Source: an uncultured archaeon
GTDB lineage: Archaea > Nanobdellota > Nanobdellia > Woesearchaeales > UBA9642
Direction: 5' to 3'
DNA: 64,000 bases
Assembly (NCBI GenBank): GCA_963777125.1
Contig: CAVZPN010000024.1
Coordinates: 6,596-70,595, forward strand
Part shown: one piece after another, positions 40,450 to 50,744 of the stretch
Layout: the number at the start of each line of letters is the position of its first letter
Position numbering within the stretch: position 1 is the stretch's first letter
Made by a program: the position numbers and the translations under genes
The notes under the pieces: model-generated
What the model saw: the letters and a program-made list of their open reading frames with translations, nothing else
Databases searched by the model: none
What the model was told of the DNA's origin: nothing

Positions 40450-40538
40450 GTACTTATTTTTTTATTTATTTTTACTTCTTAAAATATAATTAATAATTGA
40501 AAAAAATATTTTCTCTTCCAAAATTCACACAATATTAA

Positions 40539-41300
40539 TTAAAATTCAAACTCTTGTCCAGGTAACACGAAACCTGCAAAGCCATCTGCTTTAGGATTTT
40601 TTGTCTCCCAATTTCCACTAAGATGTACTAAATAAGTTTTAGCTCTGTGTTCATCAGACATTTCTCTAAGTAATTTATCATAAGATATATGTACATCTCC
40701 TGGACCAGAATAAAAACATTGACAATCTTGAAATAATATTTTTTTATTTTCAGGAGGTAATTCAATAGTATCGCCAGAATAATAAATCCCATTTGCAAAA
40801 TCTATTGCATAAGACTCCATTCCTTGAACATGCATTGTCGGTACAAATTTAATTTCAGGAATACCTGGAATATTAATTTTAGAACTTACAACCGAATTAA
40901 AATAAGTGTCGAGTGACGCATCTAATGCTAAACCATTAAAATTTTGTATTTTTTGCATCGAACCTTTTAAACAGTTATTCCAAAGCATTTGTTTAAATCC
41001 TTCTGAACCAAGATATAAGTTAGGATTTTGTTCTTCCCTTTTTTTTAATCCAAAATAATTCATAAAACCCAATCCTTCAAGTCCGCCAACATGATCGCTA
41101 TGAGAATGAGTTATTAAAATATCAGTTATACTAGCTAATTCTCCTCGTTTAAGTAATTCAGACGTTACAGTATAACCACAATCTACAAGAAGATTTCTAT
41201 TTTGATCTCCTTTAACAAGAAAACTAGTATTTCCTAGTTTAAAATTGAGTCCCGACCCTGTACCTAACCAAATTAGTTTCATAATACTATCACTACTCAA
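40539..41300 (-). CDS. Metallo-beta-lactamase-fold phosphodiesterase, Apyc1-like
   Basis: GTGS, NLLVDCG, ITHSHSDHVGGLE, LWNNCLKG, L..YF, PTMHV..M.SYA, YSGDT, FQDCQ, VHISY..LL, YLVH. Confidence 0.85.
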   Translation of the reverse strand: MSSDSIMKLIWLGTGSGLNFKLGNTSFLVKGDQNRNLLVDCGYTVTSELLKRGELASITDILITHSHSDHVGGLEGLGFMNYFGLKKREEQNPNLYLGSEGFKQMLWNNCLKGSMQKIQNFNGLALDASLDTYFNSVVSSKINIPGIPEIKFVPTMHVQGMESYAIDFANGIYYSGDTIELPPENKKILFQDCQCFYSGPGDVHISYDKLLREMSDEHRAKTYLVHLSGNWETKNPKADGFAGFVLPGQEFEF

Positions 41301-41391
41301 GAGTAATGGCAGTATATATAAAAAATGTTAAGATTCATTTTTCATCTTTTAACGTAATATTTATATAATATTGCGACTTTAGATATAATTA

Positions 41392-42393
41392 ATGAAATAT
41401 ATATCTAATTCAAACGTAAAAAACAATATAAATCTAGATTTAAAAGATAAAAAAATATTAGGATATTTATCAGAAGATGCCAAAATATCAAGAAATATTC
41501 TTGCAAAAAAAGTAGGTCTTTCTAAAGATTCAGTCAAATATAGAATAGAACGATTAATAAGTAAAGGCATAATTCAAGGGTATAGAACAATAATAGATAT
41601 GAGTAAAATAGGATTTGAAAATTATCATATTTTTCTAAAATTAAATCCCTTGACTACAAGTATAGAATCCGAAATAGTAAAAAAACTTCAAAAATGCGAA
41701 TTTATAAGAGCAATAATAAAATATAATGGACGCTATGATTACGAATTAGCAATACTAGTACAAGGACCATTAGAATTTGAAAAAATATTTGAAAAAATAT
41801 TTAATGAATGTGATAATCAAATAAAAGACTATGAAATAGTACAATTGACAGAATATTATATAGTTAATACATTTCCAAAGAATTTTATAGAGCTAGATGA
41901 ACAAACATTTAGTAAAACCAGTAGTCTAATAAAAATAGATGAAAAAGATAGACAAATATTAAGCATAATATCAAACGATGCAATTTTACCTAATTACAAA
42001 ATAGGGCAACAGATAAACTTATCAGGTGATGCAGTAAGTTATAGAATTAAAAAAATGACTAAAGAAGGAGTAATTCAAAAAGCAATACCAATAATAAATT
42101 ATTCTGCTCTGGATTATGGAATATTTGCAATCCTTATAAGATTTAACAATGCGATAGATAATAGAAATTTAAAAATTAAAGACTTTTTCAAAACAAACAA
42201 AAATATTCTCTGGACTGTTAGATGTTTTGGTAAATATAATATTATTGCATATATTTGTGTAAACAACGTGAAACAATACCATGAAACCATGAATGAACTT
42301 AAAAATAACTTTTCTGAAATAATTATGAACATAGAAACATTAATATCTTATGAAGAACATAAATATAGTTACGTACCAAAAGTGATGCTTTAA
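41392..42393 (+). CDS. Tandem (double) Lrp/AsnC-family regulator
   Basis: Two LD.KD..IL..LS.DA HTH + RAM-domain units. Confidence 0.9.
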   Translation: MKYISNSNVKNNINLDLKDKKILGYLSEDAKISRNILAKKVGLSKDSVKYRIERLISKGIIQGYRTIIDMSKIGFENYHIFLKLNPLTTSIESEIVKKLQKCEFIRAIIKYNGRYDYELAILVQGPLEFEKIFEKIFNECDNQIKDYEIVQLTEYYIVNTFPKNFIELDEQTFSKTSSLIKIDEKDRQILSIISNDAILPNYKIGQQINLSGDAVSYRIKKMTKEGVIQKAIPIINYSALDYGIFAILIRFNNAIDNRNLKIKDFFKTNKNILWTVRCFGKYNIIAYICVNNVKQYHETMNELKNNFSEIIMNIETLISYEEHKYSYVPKVML

Positions 42394-42444
42394 AATTAAA
42401 TAAATACTAAAACATCAAATCCAAAGAAACTAAAATATGTTTTT

Positions 42445-43446
42445 TTAAGTAGATTCTTTCTTAATAACATACAACAATTCGCTTCCTAAAGTGTATTTTT
42501 CATAAGACCAGGCTAATTTATCTAGGAGTTTTTCAAACCATTGTCTTCTATGTTCCTTAATCTCTCTTACTCCGCCAATAGATAAAGTAGGAAATGTTAC
42601 GGCAAAATATTTTGTTGAAATACTCTTTAATAAACTTTCAGTAATATTCCATTTAATTCTTTCAAGACCATCAAGTGTCTTAAAAATAAAACATATATCA
42701 ACATTAATCTTAGTTAATTTCGGAAATATCTTTTCATCAGTTAAATCTGCAGGAAATATTATTGCATCAATAGTTGTTGTGTCAAAATAATCTTTTAAAA
42801 ATTTACAATCTTCACTAGATATATCTGAAGCATAATATTTTTCTATTTTTTCAGCAAATAACACACTACTAACTGGATTCATACCACAGGCTAAATCCAT
42901 AAAAATATATTTTGCAGAGTTATCTAACTTACCTGATTTATTAAACAACTTAGAATCTTTTTCAAAATCTTCGATTTTACCAAATATGGTAGTATATAAT
43001 TGATCATAATGATCCATTCTTTCTTTTGTTGATTTATGTAATGAAAATAATTGATTATGTAAATCCATATATTCAAAATTATCTTTAGACTTATCATCTT
43101 TTGAAATTGCTTCTAATTCTTCAAGAATTTTCAAACGTTTATTATATCCTTCAAGAATAAATACACCATATACTCTACGTAACTCAGCACGTAACTCTTT
43201 TATTAAAAATTTATATTCTCGACTTTTAGTAAATTGTTTATATGTTTTGGCATTATTTAATTTTATGAGAAACTTTTCTTTTGCTTGCTCATGATTTCTA
43301 TTCTTAAAAAAAACATCTAATTTATTTTTTATAAAATCTTCATCAAGTGTTCTTAATTCTTTTTTATCCTTAATATCTTGTATTAATTCATCTTCGTGTA
43401 ATAATTTAATTTCATGTTTTGTTTCATTAATTATATCTTCGCTCAT
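42445..43446 (-). CDS. FmrO/ArmA/Rmt-family rRNA methyltransferase homolog
   Basis: LH.STKER, LY..IF, MDLACGMNP, YYASDI, D.C..FK.LD.LE and VTFPT.SIGG match the m7G1405 16S methyltransferase family. Confidence 0.8.
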   Translation of the reverse strand: MSEDIINETKHEIKLLHEDELIQDIKDKKELRTLDEDFIKNKLDVFFKNRNHEQAKEKFLIKLNNAKTYKQFTKSREYKFLIKELRAELRRVYGVFILEGYNKRLKILEELEAISKDDKSKDNFEYMDLHNQLFSLHKSTKERMDHYDQLYTTIFGKIEDFEKDSKLFNKSGKLDNSAKYIFMDLACGMNPVSSVLFAEKIEKYYASDISSEDCKFLKDYFDTTTIDAIIFPADLTDEKIFPKLTKINVDICFIFKTLDGLERIKWNITESLLKSISTKYFAVTFPTLSIGGVREIKEHRRQWFEKLLDKLAWSYEKYTLGSELLYVIKKEST

Positions 43447-43496
43447 TTTAGTGTCCTATAATATTAGTTTAAAGTTCATTAATTATGAATATAATT

Positions 43497-44544
43497 TCAA
43501 TTAGTATAATCCTTCCATCTAAATATTGCTGCAATTCCGGTTAGACCATCTAATTTTTTCATTGCATCATCGCTACTTATTAATTTAACTTCAGCATTCA
43601 TAGCTTCAACAAGAGTCATAATATTCTCTACTACATCATACTTATGCTCCTTTTTCATTTTTTTTATATAATTATCAGAAATTAATAATTTTGCAACATT
43701 TCCAGCATTTACTTTTTCAAGAACTTCATCAGTTCCGTATACTGCTTCATCCTTAGTAATTTTTCCAAGTAATTCCTCAACTAATTTTACTTCACGTGTT
43801 GCTCTATCTTTATCGAGTACTGTTTTTAATTCAGAATCTTTTTAATATCTCATTAATTGCGCCATCATCAACACTTGAACAAGTTGCCAGCACAATTTTT
43901 TTAAGTATAGTATCATCTTTAACTTCTTTGATTAAATATTCTTTCCAAAATGCAGGACTTGCAAGAATTATATTATCAAATAAATATTTATGATTATAAG
44001 CCAATATATGAGAATAGATTTCTTGATAAAAGTTTGTTTTCTTCTCCTCCATATCCTTCTTTGAAACATCTCCTTTTAAATCAAGTAAAACTTCATATCC
44101 TTGATTTTTGAGTACTGCAAATATTGCTTCCTCACAATCAAACGCAACTATTAAAATATTTACTATTTGAGCATTAATTGCTTCATCAAGCTTTTTTAAA
44201 GCATATTTTGACCAAACAGCCTTAGTAAGAGTCACAACTACGCCTGACGTTAAATCGAAAGTATGATAATCCCCTTTCGGAATATCGTCTGGTGCTTCAA
44301 TTATTTTACCAGATAATCTTAATGAATCTTCATGTTCTAACTTTTCAACTTGTATTTTTAAGAAAACTATACGTTTAATAATTTTAGATTTATCTTCAGA
44401 ACCGCCTAATTTTAATTTTCTTTCAGTTGTACCACTAATAAAATCTCCTTCTTCAATAATACCTGCAAGATGCCATAAATCCGTAGTATCATCTACTTTA
44501 AGCTTTATTTCTCCATGTTTTAAGTCCTTATCTAATATTTTCAT
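43497..44544 (-). CDS. pelA: Pelota (aDom34) ribosome rescue factor, split by an apparent +1 frameshift near 43833
   Basis: MKIL...G.IKL..D...DLWHL, LRLSG.I, G.YHT, INEILKR. After the shift: SELKTVL...AVYG..EV...G.V..LLISD...KKLDGLTGIAAIFRW. Repaired length 348 aa. Confidence 0.92.
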
Positions 44545-44719
44545 TATACTAAGTAAATTTATTGCATTTCACCATAATTACAGCATTTAATTATACTTAA
44601 CTAAATAAAAGTCAATACAATTATGAATTAATAGCACAATATTTGTAAAATTATCTTAGAATTTAAAGTTATTCTTTATTTGCTTAATTTAATTAAATAA
44701 AATACCTTAATATGAACAA

Positions 44720-45679
44720 TTACTTCTCACTTGCACGTAAATCTTCAATTTTATTTGCAAGTATAATTCTTTCAAAAACAATAAAATAAGTGAACTGAAC
44801 AACAAGTGCTACTATTAAAGGTATTGCAGTATGTGCTGTAAAAAGCAACAAAACTATTGCAAGACCCGTCATTTCATTTTTTTGAGTAGAATATAATGAA
44901 TAATCAATTGCATCCATTTCTGATACAAACTGACGACTAACATAATATACTATTAAACCTAAAGTAAATATTACGGTAATATTTATCAAAAAGATATGTC
45001 TTATATTAATATCGCTGATATTTAGCAGTATTGATCTATTTAAGGATACAACAATAAAAATAATTAACCCTAATAATAAATTAGTAATTATTTTAGTATA
45101 ATTAAATAGGTAATTGATTACTTTAGTCTCAATATTTCTTGTTAAATAGGCTAAAATTATTGGAATTAAAATCAATATTAAAAGTGAACGTGCGAGTAAC
45201 ATAAATTTTATATTAGTACCAAAAAGAGCATATAATGTTGTTGGAATAATTATCAATGCAAGAAAATAACTTAAAATTAAAGCACTATCAGCAACTTTTA
45301 TATCACACTTTGCTAAATAACATAATGGAACTATAGCAATAGCAGGAGGAATTATTGCAAGTAAAACATAACCTAAAAAGTAATCTGAAGATAGTGGGAA
45401 AAATATTGAAGCAATAAGCAAATAAAATCCCGACAATAAAACATAATTTAATAGAATTGAAATAATAATACTTTTTCTGTCTGAAGAAATATTATTAAAA
45501 TTAGACTTTTTTTTAAAAAAAGGTCTTATTGATAAAAACATCACAACTCCAAGACTAATTTCAGTAATAGATTTAATAGAATTAACATTTATGATAAAAA
45601 TTAAAGGTAAAATTATAGCCATAATAAAAATAAGTTCAGTACTTTCAAACAAAGATTTAATGGAAAAATTAAAGACCAT
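44720..45679 (-). CDS. Bile acid:sodium symporter (SBF)-like membrane transporter
   Basis: About 10 TMs; LLNY, G.VLLA..PPAI and STQKN motifs. Confidence 0.75.
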   Translation of the reverse strand: MVFNFSIKSLFESTELIFIMAIILPLIFIINVNSIKSITEISLGVVMFLSIRPFFKKKSNFNNISSDRKSIIISILLNYVLLSGFYLLIASIFFPLSSDYFLGYVLLAIIPPAIAIVPLCYLAKCDIKVADSALILSYFLALIIIPTTLYALFGTNIKFMLLARSLLILILIPIILAYLTRNIETKVINYLFNYTKIITNLLLGLIIFIVVSLNRSILLNISDINIRHIFLINITVIFTLGLIVYYVSRQFVSEMDAIDYSLYSTQKNEMTGLAIVLLLFTAHTAIPLIVALVVQFTYFIVFERIILANKIEDLRASEK

Positions 45680-45892
45680 TAAATAATTAAGACATAACTA
45701 GTATATATTTGTTAGGTATTATAAAATATAGCTACTAAAACAAAAAATCGTAAGCAATAATAAATCAATTTTATTAACTAAAACAATAGTAATATTTATA
45801 AAGATGAATATCAAGTTTGATAATATTATCTCGAGTATTACAAAGAGTATTACAAGAGCAGAATTATCTACATAAAAAAAGGCATATTCAAG

Positions 45893-47578
45893 GTGAACAG
45901 CATGACTCAAAGAAGAGGACAAAGTGCAGGTAATGCAGCAGCATTTGTAGCAATATTAACCGTATTAATAATTGTATACATATTATTCTTACCTCCAGAT
46001 ATAAGAACTGAATTATTAGGAGATAAAAATGGAATATTAAATGATTCTAGTACTAGCACAAATACTGAAATACTATTAAAACAAAATATTGGCAAAGTCA
46101 CCTACATCAATACTGCTGAAAAAACATACGATTTACCAACTGTTCGAATATATTCTCCAACAAGCGGTCAAGTTCTAAAAAGTATTCCGAGTTCTAATAT
46201 AAGATACGCACTTTTTGATACTGAAAAATCTAAATATACTCTTGAATTAAATATTGATAAAAGATCCACAGAAAATCTTGTTTTAGTATTTAATGTCATG
46301 GAACATACAGGACCATTAATTATTGCTCTTAATGGTAATGAAATATTTAATGGCGAAGTAAAAACAACTAATCCTAAACCAATAAAACTTGATTCTGGAT
46401 CATTACTTGAAAACAATATTATAACATTTAGTGTCCCATCCCCTGGTTTAAAATTTTGGACTGCTAATAAATACACTTTAGAAAATATACAAATTACTGG
46501 CGATGTAACTGACTATAGTAATTCTATGGCCATACAAAATTTCGTTATAAGTCAAGTCGAGAAAGAAAATCTTGAAAGTATAAAATTATTTTTTTATCCT
46601 GATTGTGATTTATCTGAAGCTGGAAGCTTAAGAATTGATTTAAACGGAAGAGCAATATATAATAGTGTAGCAGATTGTGGAACAAGAACATTTGCAACAT
46701 TAAATACCAACGATATAATTTCAGGCAGTAATGAATTAAGATTTTATAGTGCTAAAGGATCATACATGTTAGATAATATGTATATCAAAACTACAATGAC
46801 AAAACCAGCATATAAAACATACTTCTTTGACTTAAAAGATGAATATTTTACATTTAAAACAAAAACTAGTATGTGTGGAGAATATGATGGCACATGTCCT
46901 ATTGGTTGTGATGAAACAACTGATGCTGATTGCTGCTTTGATAGAAAAGGATATTGGTGCGCTCTACCATTATCAAACGTTAATGATAGATGTAGATTCT
47001 ATGTAGCAAGCGATGATTGTTCATTATGTAAAACAGGATATTATGATGACAGCGGAGATGCTCCGACTACTTGTGAAAAAAAATGCGGAGATAACAACGA
47101 TAAAATCTGTGATAGTACTTGCTCGCAACCAAATAAATATTACGATAAAGATTGCTGCTTTGCACAAAGCAAGGATAATTTCTGGTGTAAAGAAACACCA
47201 ATAACAGGAATTGCAGACAAATGTAAACCAGCAATAAATCCTAGTGAATGTGACTTATGTCCATCAGGATACATCAATAAAGATGGCTCAGAACCTAAAT
47301 CATGTACTACTACAAACTTTAATATTCAAGATGAAGATTACTTATTTTCAAGCAATTATGAATTGAAAATCGTAGTTAAATTTGTTGATAGTACAACACG
47401 TAAACGTGTAGACTTTAATATCAATGGTCATACATTTAGAATTGATACAACAAATGTTGAATATACTAAATTAATCGCAGACTACGCTACAACTGGAACT
47501 AACAGCATTGAAATAAAACCAGTAGATAAAGATGTGGATATTTCAGAAGTTAGAGTAGAATTAAGAAGAGTTAAGTAA
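45893..47578 (+). CDS. Surface protein with class III (pilin-like) signal and Cys-rich insert
   Basis: QRRG-QSAGNAAAFVAILTVLIIVYILFLPP; repeated I.LNG..I beta domains; C..GC....DADCC-type repeats; likely start ATG 45902. Confidence 0.75.
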   Translation: MNSMTQRRGQSAGNAAAFVAILTVLIIVYILFLPPDIRTELLGDKNGILNDSSTSTNTEILLKQNIGKVTYINTAEKTYDLPTVRIYSPTSGQVLKSIPSSNIRYALFDTEKSKYTLELNIDKRSTENLVLVFNVMEHTGPLIIALNGNEIFNGEVKTTNPKPIKLDSGSLLENNIITFSVPSPGLKFWTANKYTLENIQITGDVTDYSNSMAIQNFVISQVEKENLESIKLFFYPDCDLSEAGSLRIDLNGRAIYNSVADCGTRTFATLNTNDIISGSNELRFYSAKGSYMLDNMYIKTTMTKPAYKTYFFDLKDEYFTFKTKTSMCGEYDGTCPIGCDETTDADCCFDRKGYWCALPLSNVNDRCRFYVASDDCSLCKTGYYDDSGDAPTTCEKKCGDNNDKICDSTCSQPNKYYDKDCCFAQSKDNFWCKETPITGIADKCKPAINPSECDLCPSGYINKDGSEPKSCTTTNFNIQDEDYLFSSNYELKIVVKFVDSTTRKRVDFNINGHTFRIDTTNVEYTKLIADYATTGTNSIEIKPVDKDVDISEVRVELRRVK

Positions 47579-47625
47579 AATTCTCTAGTAATGAGGTGTA
47601 AGCCTAAGGTGAGGCTAAAGTAAAT

Positions 47626-49182
47626 ATGGGAACAGATAAAGCCGATAAAGATACTGAGAATTCTAAAGAAACTAATAAAGTAGCTAACGCTGGTAAAAAA
47701 ACTGCTGATGCAATAAACGCAGCTGGCGACGCTACATTAAGAAGTTTACGTAATGCTGGAAAAGCAATTGGAGGAAGTGGCGATTCATCATCTAGTTCTA
47801 AATCAAGTAGCGGATCTAATGGTGCAATCGCAATATTATTTGTAATTTCATTATTTCTTCACATTCTTGATTCTATTACTAAATTTGATAGACCAGGATT
47901 TATGTTATTTTATTATATTGGTCTAATAATATTTGCTTTTTTCTTTATTTTTAATATGAAACTTAACCAAGAGGGTGAAAAACAATTATTAGTAGTTATT
48001 TTCATATCTTATTTATTGCCTTTTGCAATAAAATATTTACCAGATAACAGATGGATACTTGCAATTTCAGGAATACTATTTTTAATTCCACTATTACCAC
48101 TATATATTGGACTACAGGCACCTCAAGATTCATTTTTATATAAATTTACAAAATGGTATATTGTCTTTTGGATAATCATACTAGCATTTTATCTTGTAGC
48201 AACATTTGCACCGACACAAGTAAGTACAGCACAACTTAAAGGAAATGTATGGACAGGAGCATCATATGTTTTGGGAAATACTGGAAAAACAATAAGTACT
48301 GTTACAACATCAGCAAATAATGCTCTAGCACGTGCTATTGCGCAAGCAACTGGAGAACCATATGATGGTCAAGAAGAAAGCAGAGTTGGAATTTATGTTG
48401 AAAATGTTAAAGCACTAGAATCAGGATATAATACTAACTCGGATGTTTTTGTTGAAGCTAAAATTAAAGCAATAAATCTAAAAGAACCAGTTAGAGTTAC
48501 AACAATATGTTATATTCCTGCAGTTCGTCAAGGAATTACAAATCCAGCTATCTTACCTGAAGTTAGTGCAGATTATGAAAATATTATTGATTGTGAACTA
48601 GGAAAATTAACTGCAGGAAATCATGAAGTAAAAGTACGTGCAATATTCGAGTTTAAAAGTACATCAGATATTGAATACACTTTTGTTAGCACTAATATTA
48701 AAACTGATCAATATACTAAATTAAATATTGATCCTACAACAATTGCAACATATACAGGTGGACCAGTAGCTGTTGGTTTACCATCCATAAAACAACCATT
48801 ACGAATAGAATTAGATCCTGATAAAACTGATGCAATGACTTATCCATTTGGAGTTAGCTTACAAAATAAATGGCCGCAAGGAAAAATTATGAAAGGATTA
48901 CAGTATAAATTAAATACTCCAAAAGAAGTAAAATTAGTTGAATGTAGTAGAACACCTACTGAAGTAAAAGAACCTGATGTTGATGGAAGAAACATATACA
49001 TATTTAATATTGATACTACCAATGCTCAAGATGTATTTGATGCAGTTAGATGTAGAATGCAAATAAGTGACGCGAAAGGATTATTAGGTAATGATCTAAA
49101 AAGCGTAAAAACATTTGCTGCAGAAGCAACATACGAGTACTCAGTTGAAAGCTCTGCAAGTATTAATATTATTAAAAGTTAG
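47626..49182 (+). CDS. Membrane-anchored surface protein (about 5 TMs + extracellular Cys-containing beta domain)
   Basis: TM bundle, then a domain with TGGPV.VG and a terminal A.YEY strand, distantly like the three downstream lipoproteins. Confidence 0.75.
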   Translation: MGTDKADKDTENSKETNKVANAGKKTADAINAAGDATLRSLRNAGKAIGGSGDSSSSSKSSSGSNGAIAILFVISLFLHILDSITKFDRPGFMLFYYIGLIIFAFFFIFNMKLNQEGEKQLLVVIFISYLLPFAIKYLPDNRWILAISGILFLIPLLPLYIGLQAPQDSFLYKFTKWYIVFWIIILAFYLVATFAPTQVSTAQLKGNVWTGASYVLGNTGKTISTVTTSANNALARAIAQATGEPYDGQEESRVGIYVENVKALESGYNTNSDVFVEAKIKAINLKEPVRVTTICYIPAVRQGITNPAILPEVSADYENIIDCELGKLTAGNHEVKVRAIFEFKSTSDIEYTFVSTNIKTDQYTKLNIDPTTIATYTGGPVAVGLPSIKQPLRIELDPDKTDAMTYPFGVSLQNKWPQGKIMKGLQYKLNTPKEVKLVECSRTPTEVKEPDVDGRNIYIFNIDTTNAQDVFDAVRCRMQISDAKGLLGNDLKSVKTFAAEATYEYSVESSASINIIKS

Positions 49183-49195
49183 AATAATTTAACCA

Positions 49196-50671
49196 TTGAA
49201 AGGAACAGTTATGAAAATAAGTATTAAAAAAAATAATAGCGTATTAATGAGTATATTTATATTGCTTACAGTAATATTTTTAACAGGATGTCAGGGTAGT
49301 GGTACTACGGAAAAATATCGTATTGGAACTGAAGGATTAAACTTAGAATTTGCATCATCTAATGTTAAAAGTGTATACGAAAACGAAAACTTCGGAACAT
49401 CAATAATTATCAAAAATATTGGTAGTTATGATATTTTAGATCAGAGTAATCCCGCAATATTAAAAGTTAGTTTTGATGATTATAGATTAAAATTTACTAA
49501 TTCTAAAGAAAATGTTAAAGAACAACAAATGTTAATTAATGGTAAAAGCAAATATTATCCTAAAGGAGATGAAATAAACTCAGAATACTATTTTGAATCA
49601 TTAAAACTCACTGATTTGAGAGAAAAATCAACTACTGAAATTAATTATAACTTATGTTATCCATATAATACTGAAATAACCACAGTTACATGTATTGATA
49701 CAAAACTTGCTAATAAAGATCAAACTGCAGCAGCATGTGCAAGTGAAACATATAGCGGATCTCAAGGTCAAGGAGCACCAATTGTTATAACTAAAATCGT
49801 ACCAGAAATCATGTTGCAAACAGAATATGTACGTCCACAATTTAAAATATATATTGAAAATAAGGGACCTGGATATGTTAATAACGCAAATAGTTGCAAT
49901 GTTGCAGATATTAATGATAGATCATCTTCAGGAAGAGTTAACGTATACGCTACTCTTTCAGGAACTCCTTTAGAATGTGGTCCTGATAATTCAGCATCAC
50001 TAAAATTAGTTGATTCTGAATCATTTATTAGATGCTATCTTCCAAATAAAGAAAAAGGATATTCACGATTAGAAAAAAATTATTTAACTCCATTAACAGT
50101 TAGTATTGATTATACCTATACTGTAATTACTAAACAAGAAATAGAAATTAAAAGAGATGACACAATAGAACGTGTTGTAACAAAAGACTGTGATTCATAT
50201 CAAATATTAAATGAAAATAAAACATGTGTTGATAAATGCTTATATTGTACCACTCATCCAAATGAAGATGTATGTAAAGTAAATTTACCTTTTGCAGAAT
50301 TTGAATTTAAAGAAGGTTTTTCATGTAGTTGTACTCTTGATCAATGTAATAGCAGAAATAAAACAGGAAATTGTATTAAAGGATATTGCCCTGGTAGTTT
50401 GTATTGCTGTAATACTCCTGTTGTTTGTGATAAATATCAAATAGAATTTAAGGGAAAATGTATCAATAAATGCGATTACTGCAGAGATAACTGGACTACA
50501 AACCCTAATGATCCTATTTGTCTCTCTAAATATGATTTTACTAACGCAAAATGTGATTCAATTACTGCGACAACATGTGATTCATTAGCAAAAAATAATT
50601 CCTGCATAAAAGGATTTTGTGGAGGAACAGATTCAAATAAATATTGTGTAAATACCTTTCCACAAGTATAG
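49196..50671 (+). CDS. Surface lipoprotein, paralog 1, with Cys-rich C-terminus
   Basis: FLTGC lipobox; GTEGL..F; LCYPY.T....CID; GQGAP.VIT.I; YTY; likely start ATG 49211. Confidence 0.8.
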   Translation: MKGTVMKISIKKNNSVLMSIFILLTVIFLTGCQGSGTTEKYRIGTEGLNLEFASSNVKSVYENENFGTSIIIKNIGSYDILDQSNPAILKVSFDDYRLKFTNSKENVKEQQMLINGKSKYYPKGDEINSEYYFESLKLTDLREKSTTEINYNLCYPYNTEITTVTCIDTKLANKDQTAAACASETYSGSQGQGAPIVITKIVPEIMLQTEYVRPQFKIYIENKGPGYVNNANSCNVADINDRSSSGRVNVYATLSGTPLECGPDNSASLKLVDSESFIRCYLPNKEKGYSRLEKNYLTPLTVSIDYTYTVITKQEIEIKRDDTIERVVTKDCDSYQILNENKTCVDKCLYCTTHPNEDVCKVNLPFAEFEFKEGFSCSCTLDQCNSRNKTGNCIKGYCPGSLYCCNTPVVCDKYQIEFKGKCINKCDYCRDNWTTNPNDPICLSKYDFTNAKCDSITATTCDSLAKNNSCIKGFCGGTDSNKYCVNTFPQV

Positions 50672-50744
50672 ATTAAAAAAGCAGAATATATTATACTTAA
50701 AAAAAACATAATCTTTATATATTATACACACAGGAGTTAATAAA

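Noticed and set aside
38729..43833. TGA reassignment or readthrough as the explanation for broken pheS and pelota
   Set aside because: The downstream halves are in a different frame, and TGA ends other intact genes normally.
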